From positions 80,910,001 to 80,974,000 of the forward strand of contig NW_025963779.1 of assembly GCF_023055435.1 (NCBI RefSeq): a DNA stretch of 64,000 bases, given 5' to 3'. Made by a program: the position numbers and the translations under genes. Numbering within the stretch: position 1 is the first letter of the stretch; each line of letters opens with the position of its first letter. This document shows, one piece after another, positions 57,800-64,000 of the stretch. The notes under the pieces were generated by a model, which was not told where the DNA came from, did no database searches, and saw only the letters and a list, made by a program, of their open reading frames with translations. Source of the stretch: Haliotis rufescens (lineage: Eukaryota).

Positions 57800-60010
57800 T
57801 TGTTTTTTCCTCCTCAACTTCGCATATCCTCTGTCTCCTCCTCACAGCATCTCCCAACTTCTGGGGTTATGAGGAACATCTTTCATCCCCCCTTCTTCAT
57901 CCTCCCCTCTGCATCTCCTGTCTTCTCCCAACTGCTGGGGTTATGAGGAACATCTTGCCTACCGCTCTTCTTCCTCCTTCCCACATCATCTCCACTGTCT
58001 CCTCCTAACTGCTGAGGTAATGAGGAACATCTTGCATCTCCCCTTCTTCCTCCTCCCCACAGCATCTCCTCTGTCTTCTCCCAACTGCTGAGGTTGTGAG
58101 GAACATCTTGCATCCCCCCTTCTTCCTCCTCCTCACAGCATCTCCTCTGTCGCCTCCCAACTGCTGAGGTTGTGATGCATATTTTCCTCTTCATCCCTTT
58201 TCCACTTCACCTTCCTCCTCCCCTCAACGCCTCCTCCACCTCCTCTGTCTCCTCCCACTGGCGGTGGTTGGGACGAACATATTGCCTCCTATCCTCTTCT
58301 TCCACCTCCTCCCCTCAAAGCCTCCTCTGTCTCCTCCCACTAGCGGTGGTTGGGACGAACATATTGCCTCCTATCCTCTTCTTCCTCCTTCCCCCAACGC
58401 CTCCTCCACCTCCTCTGTCTCCTCCCACTGGCGGTGGTTGGGACAAACATATTGCCTCCTATCCTCTTCTTCCTCCTTCCCCCAACGCCTCCTCCACCCC
58501 CTCTGTCTCCTCCCACTGGCGGTGGTTGGGACGAACATATTGCCTCCTATCCTCTTCTTCCTCCTTCCCCCAACGCCTCCTCCACCTCCTCTGTCTCCTC
58601 CCACTGGCGGTGGTTGGGACGAACATATTGCCTCCTATCCTCTTCTTCCTCCTTCCCCCAACGCCTCCTCCACCCCCTCTGTCTCCTCCCACTGGCGGTG
58701 GTTGGGACGAACATATTGCCTCCTATCCTCTTCTTCCTCCTTCCCCCAACGCCTCCTCCACCTCCTCTGTCTCCTCCCACTGGCGGTGGTTGGGACAAAC
58801 ATATTGCCTCCTATCCTCTTCTTCCTCCTTCCCCCAACGCCTCCTCCACCTCCTCTGTCTCCTCCCACTGGCGGTGGTTGGGACGAACATATTGCCTCCT
58901 ATCCTCTTCTTACTCCTTCCCCCAACGCCTCCTCCACCCCCTCTGTCTCCTCCCACTGGCGGTGGTTGGGACGAACATATTGCCTCCTATCCTCTTCTTC
59001 CTCCTTCCCCCAACGCCTCCTCCACCTCCTCTGTCTCCTCCCACTGGCGGTGGTTAGGACGAACATATTGCCTCCTATCCTCTTCTTCCTCCTTCCCCCA
59101 ACGCCTCCTCCACCCCCTCTGTCTCCTCCCACTGGCGGTGGTTGGGACGAACATATTGCCTCCTATCCTCTTCTTCCTCCTTCCCCCAACGCCTCCTCCA
59201 CCTCCTCTGTCTCCACCCACTGGCGGTGGTTGGGACAAACATATTGCCTCCTATCCTCTTCTTACTCCTTCCCCCAACGCCTCCTCCACCTCCTCTGTCT
59301 CCTCCCACTGGCGGTGGTTGGGACGAACATATTGCCTCCTATCCTCTTCTTCCTCCTTCCCCCAACGCCTCCTCCACCTCCTCTGTCTCCTCCCACTGGC
59401 GGTGGTTGGGACGAACATATTGCCTCCTATCCTCTTCCTCCTCTTCCCCTAAACATCTCTTCTGCCTCCTCCCAGGGGCACGGGTGGCCCAGTCGTCTAA
59501 GGCGGCGCGATTCGCTGTGCAGAGTTGTGTCCCTTGGGCACGCCAGAAATCTATGATTGTGGGTTCGCCTCGATTATGTTTCTAGGTTTGTCAGCACCAT
59601 ACCCGTGCTCGTGGGTTTCACCGAAGTGGTAAGCGTCTGACACCTGCATCACCTGGGGCTTTCCTCACACATTAAGCTGACAGGCCGCGATATAACTGTA
59701 ATACTGTTAAAAGCAGCGTTAAACCTAACTCACTCACTCACTCTGTCTCCTTCCACTGGCGTTGGTTGTGACGAACACCTTGCCTCCTATCCTCTTCTTC
59801 CCCCTTCCCCCAACGCCACAATCTCCTCCCACTGGCGGTGGTTGGGACGAACATCTTGCCTCCTATCCTCTTCTTCCCCCTTCCCCCAACGCCACAATCT
59901 CCTCCCACTGGCGGTGGTTGGGACGAACATCTTGTATCCTATCCCCTTCTTCCTCGTCTCCTCAACGTCTCCTCCGCCTCCTCTGTCTCCTCCCAGCTGG
60001 TGGTGGTTGT
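57800..60010. repeat. 88-bp pyrimidine-rich minisatellite (about 14 homogeneous copies at 58250-59450, degenerate flanks)
   Basis: Unit cctcccactggcggtggttgggacgaacatattgcctcctatcctcttcttcctccttcccccaacgcctcctccacctcctctgtct; ORF offsets recur every 88 bp. Confidence 0.95.
59475..59743 (+). mobile_element. SINE family B inserted in the 88-bp array
   Basis: Matches 13061-13343. Confidence 0.85.
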
Positions 60011-61455
60011 GACGTATTTCTTGTCTCTGTCACCTCATCTTCTGTTCGGGAGTCCGGTTGAAATGGTTGAAAAAGTCTACTGATACCTGCAGATAATATA
60101 GTTTTATGGCATTTCCATCACAGACCTTAGGTTTATGAAGACAAAAGCCCCCGGGCCTTCCATTTCAAATATAAAACCTCTCAAAAGGTCTCACTAGAAT
60201 TTTGGCTATTGTACTGTCCTTTGACGACAGTTTCTTATAAAAAATATCTATAATATAGATGCATGACTCGTTCAAGTCACGATATGGTTAAAATATTGCC
60301 GATGTGATTTTAAATATTAACTCACTCACCCACTTAAAGTCGTACTTCTCACAAGGTTACTAATAAAATAGCGAGATACCCATAATACAATAAGCAAAAG
60401 TGGCAGTTTGTTTATAGATCCAACTTATTCACTGTTTGAATGCTTACCAGATGCGACCCACTGGTAGAGAGCAGTCGCCACGGATAATACTGTGCACTCT
60501 AGAAATCAGAAAAACAAACTTTCTTGTTTTATAAATCAATAGTTACGCTTTTGTAATTTTGAACTCTGTACTTTTCGTATTGCTCAACATTATAATATAC
60601 GGTAATATTTCACACTCACTCCAACCCTCAAATCAGTTGGGGTGGCCCAGTCGTTTTGTGCGCTGCAATTCGCAGTCCAGAGTCGCGTACTTTGGATGTG
60701 CTACCACATTCGTTCTAGTGAATGTCACCAAAGTGCTAAACGTCTATGACTGCATTAATTTGGGCTTCTCTCTCATATCAAGCGATGAGAAAACCGAAAT
60801 ACTGCGGCGTTAAACGTATTTTTAGCTCACTCACTCACTCATACTCAACTTAGGTTGTATCTTGTCAATCATTTTTACTCACGATGCGCGAATCCCCGAG
60901 GCATAAATCTTCTCCCCGGTCCATACGATCGCGGCAGTGAGTGGGCGCTGCAGTTCCAGTTGTCGAACTTCTCCTCAATACGTTTCACCTCAGCTTCTGC
61001 AACATTTCACATCGGTTTACTGTTATATACATGTAGCTGCCAATATTCCCTCATTTTGCCGATATGCGGAAAAAGAAAGAACATGATAATATAGAATTTA
61101 ACGCTACCGTTATGGCAATGGCAATGGGAAAGTAAAGGACCGCCGTCCTAAAGCGTTCGTTGCAGTCTGTTTTATAGATATTCATCAACATTTTCATTCT
61201 GTATTGTTTACCTGAAGGACAGGATGCAAGTATAGGGGGAATTCCACTCACTGAGGCTGTATACATCGTGGTTTGGGGTGAATACTCACTTGACCTGAAA
61301 TAAATATAAAACTACCTATACATCTATCAAGGGAAGATACGCTGTCACGAACAGTCCCACAACATTTAACTATGTCGTGTCACGATTTTAATGTCTTAAT
61401 ATGAAACATTTCGTTTCTTTTAAAATGAAAAAAATATTCTTCACTTGAGACAATA

Positions 61456-61738
61456 TTTGTTTGTTGTTTAACGCCGCAATCAGCAATATTCTAGCTATAT
61501 GACGGCGGTCTGTAAATAATCGAGTCTGGACCAGACAATCCAGTGATTGATATCATGAGCATCGATCCACGCAATTGGGATCGATGACCGTCAGCGAGCC
61601 TGACCATCCGATCCCGTTAGCCGCCTTTTACGAAAAGTATAGTCGCCTTTCCACGCAATTGGGATACGATGACGTGCATCAACCAAGTCAACGAGCCTGA
61701 TCACCTGATCCCTTTAGTCGCCTCTTACGACAAGCATT
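61456..61738 (-). mobile_element. SINE family C with internal duplication
   Basis: Segment ccacgcaattgggat...gtcgcct occurs twice. Confidence 0.8.
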
Positions 61739-63501
61739 CGGATGTAATTTTAATTGACTGATATCGTGTTGTATTTACTGCATATGAAACTCTATCGCTT
61801 GTATTCTACAATAATACGACGACTATCGAAATCCACAGACGTTTGAAATTCCCGCTTTGGAAACTTCTTTAACTTACCCATACTCAAAAGGCGCTGCTCG
61901 AATCATTCCTTCTGGATATGCAAAACCAGGTAAAACATAGTCAGATAGTGCCATGTTTGCTGCCTTGTTTGATCCAAGACGGTATTGACAATACTTAGAT
62001 AGTTATGACGTCACGGCATTATGAAGACACAGAAACAGGTCATGACCCTTCTGCTTCACGGTATTGTGACGTCACCGAGGTCTGACCATATGGAAATGTA
62101 TTTCAAAACTTGATTTCGAAAAATTAAGTTTTGTGTGTCATAAATGAATCTGTTTTTCTCATCTTTTACGAGAAAGATTTCCTGTCTCGACACCCTCCTC
62201 CCTCACCGAAAAGAGAAAGATGTAGCAGGCAAAAGCAGAACCTAATCAAAGAAAACAGATTCATGTTTCTTTTGGGGAGAGATATACATATTTCCCGTTG
62301 AAATAAAATAAACAAATTTATAACGAATGTGATACGCTTTAATGCATTTCCAATTGAAATATGTGCAATTCAGATTGTGCGCAAAATGCTATCGCATCGT
62401 TGTCAATTGCTTGCACGAGATTTTCGTGCTGTGTTTGCGCATGCCCGTTGTGTCACTTCCTGTGGCCAGGTGTCACGCGTAGGTGAGTGAATGATGTGAT
62501 TTTTGACTGATATTTGCTCTAAGAAACTAACCTCTGATGCAGCATTTCACTCGTCGAGTAATCAAACCATGTTAAACATATCTCACTGACAGTTTTAAAA
62601 AACATTTAAAAAATCCCCAACAAAACCGAATTTCTTGAGAGGTAATCGTCTCTTTAAATTCATGATTTTACAATTCAGGTTGTAAATATTAATATTATTG
62701 ACCAAACGTGTTCAATGTGATTCTGATGATAGAGATCGAGTGAATCTCAAGGTAGTACTGATCCAACAGAAATAGACGTATTGCAGGTATATCACCCGGC
62801 CGCAGTAATGACTGCATGGAGTGTTTTTTGCGGCTGAAAACAACATTCACTCACTCATGCTTTGTGTCTTTTTTATGTCGGTTGTCGACAGAAGCAGTTA
62901 GCATCTTTAATATTTCTTGCGTAAAAAACTGCACATTAAAACACTTATTCCGGACTGCTCACACGTATATATTATCATGTTTGACTTTTCAGACCTTCAA
63001 CAATGATTTGGATATCCCTTCTTACAGCTGCATTTCTCACCAGAACAGGTGGGATATCGTTATGCCTAAAGATAACGTTGTTAGCATGACATTGCATGAT
63101 CGGATGTATGGACGGCGTGGCAGTATATCGCGATAAACCGTATCCCTTGCTTTGGGGGGGATAAACATAACGTGTTTATAACTGCTTTATCTGTGGATTT
63201 TACGGCGCTTAATGTAACATTTGAAACATTATCCGCTGTTAAACATTCAAATAGAATATCACTGTCAAATTAAACGTTACATAGTTCCACATTTAAAAAA
63301 GAACTGGATAAAAATCTCATAATTAGCCGAAATCGTCAAATCGCATCATGAGCAAGTGAAACTCGAAATAATATTTTTTTGGCTAAATATATATTGACTG
63401 AATTGATATCGTATAATTGTAATTTTGTTTACTATTCCAAATTTTGCGTCCATTTGGTTTTACCAAACTGAAAATATTTTAAAATATTTTTTTGCACCCA
63501 G

Positions 63502-63650
63502 GAGTTGCTGCCGGTACCACCAAACTCCCAGGAAATATCACCATTGTGGAGGGGATGACGGGAGCCACGGGGCCCATTGGTGCGACCGGGCCGCTCGGAC
63601 TGTCTGGCCCCATGGGGCAGAAAGGCATGAAGGGGGAGATGGGGATGGCG
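63502..63650 (+). CDS. Exon of a collagen-domain protein (gene probably continues beyond the window)
   Basis: ttttttgcacccag| acceptor and |gtaaga donor; nine uninterrupted Gly-X-Y triplets GMT GAT GPI GAT GPL GLS GPM GQK GMK, followed by GEM GMA. Confidence 0.8.
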
Positions 63651-64000
63651 GTAAGAGCAACATTGAAACTTGTGTCACGGATCCAAAATAAAGTTGTATC
63701 ATATTTTCTTTCCTTGCACTTTCAAGGAAAGAATATGTATAATCTATATAATCAATTATTATAAATGCTAGGCATTCGTGTTTAGTCGATTTTCATGTTT
63801 GATATTCTATCTTTCAAGTTATGATTTATATTTAAATTAAATACAATAGTGTCGAAAATTAAATATAAAACAAACAAACGTATGTTGGTCCGTGGAGACT
63901 TTTGTTTGATACTGACATGGTTCCAGACAGTGGTAAACACTCGAGTATTATTATCACGACAGTGATGTTACACAGCAATCACTTGATCCGGGGTAGAACA

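Noticed and set aside
58172-59585. 426- and 430-aa Pro/Ser-rich ORFs
   Set aside because: Translation of the 88-bp repeat, cycling through frames.

Overview
Eukaryotic (animal) genomic DNA: AT-rich, intron-rich and repeat-rich. The SINE families and gene content suggest a mollusc, probably a gastropod such as abalone; this is an inference. Genes: (1) two convergent paralogs with single-exon CDSs encoding type-II-membrane FkbM/Methyltransf_21 methyltransferases (14-1129 +, 4491-5588 -), sharing a near-identical central tract; (2) a three-coding-exon C2H2 zinc-finger gene on the minus strand (21550->16650, about 806 aa); (3) a divergently oriented NAA35/MAK10 gene (NatC auxiliary subunit) with 19 coding exons reconstructed in frame (30636-55791, about 712 aa); (4) one collagen-like exon at the right edge. 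NAA35 introns carry a 3'-truncated pogo/Tigger transposon with an open ORF and a structurally complete DIRS retrotransposon (43890-49021) with identical terminal inverted repeats but broken ORFs. Also present: Penelope and LINE remnants, three copies of a MITE with 9-bp TSDs, several SINE families, minisatellites (13, 15-16, 26, 42, 57, 85 and 88 bp units), long hairpins and two assembly gaps. All coordinates were read by eye and no database searches were run.
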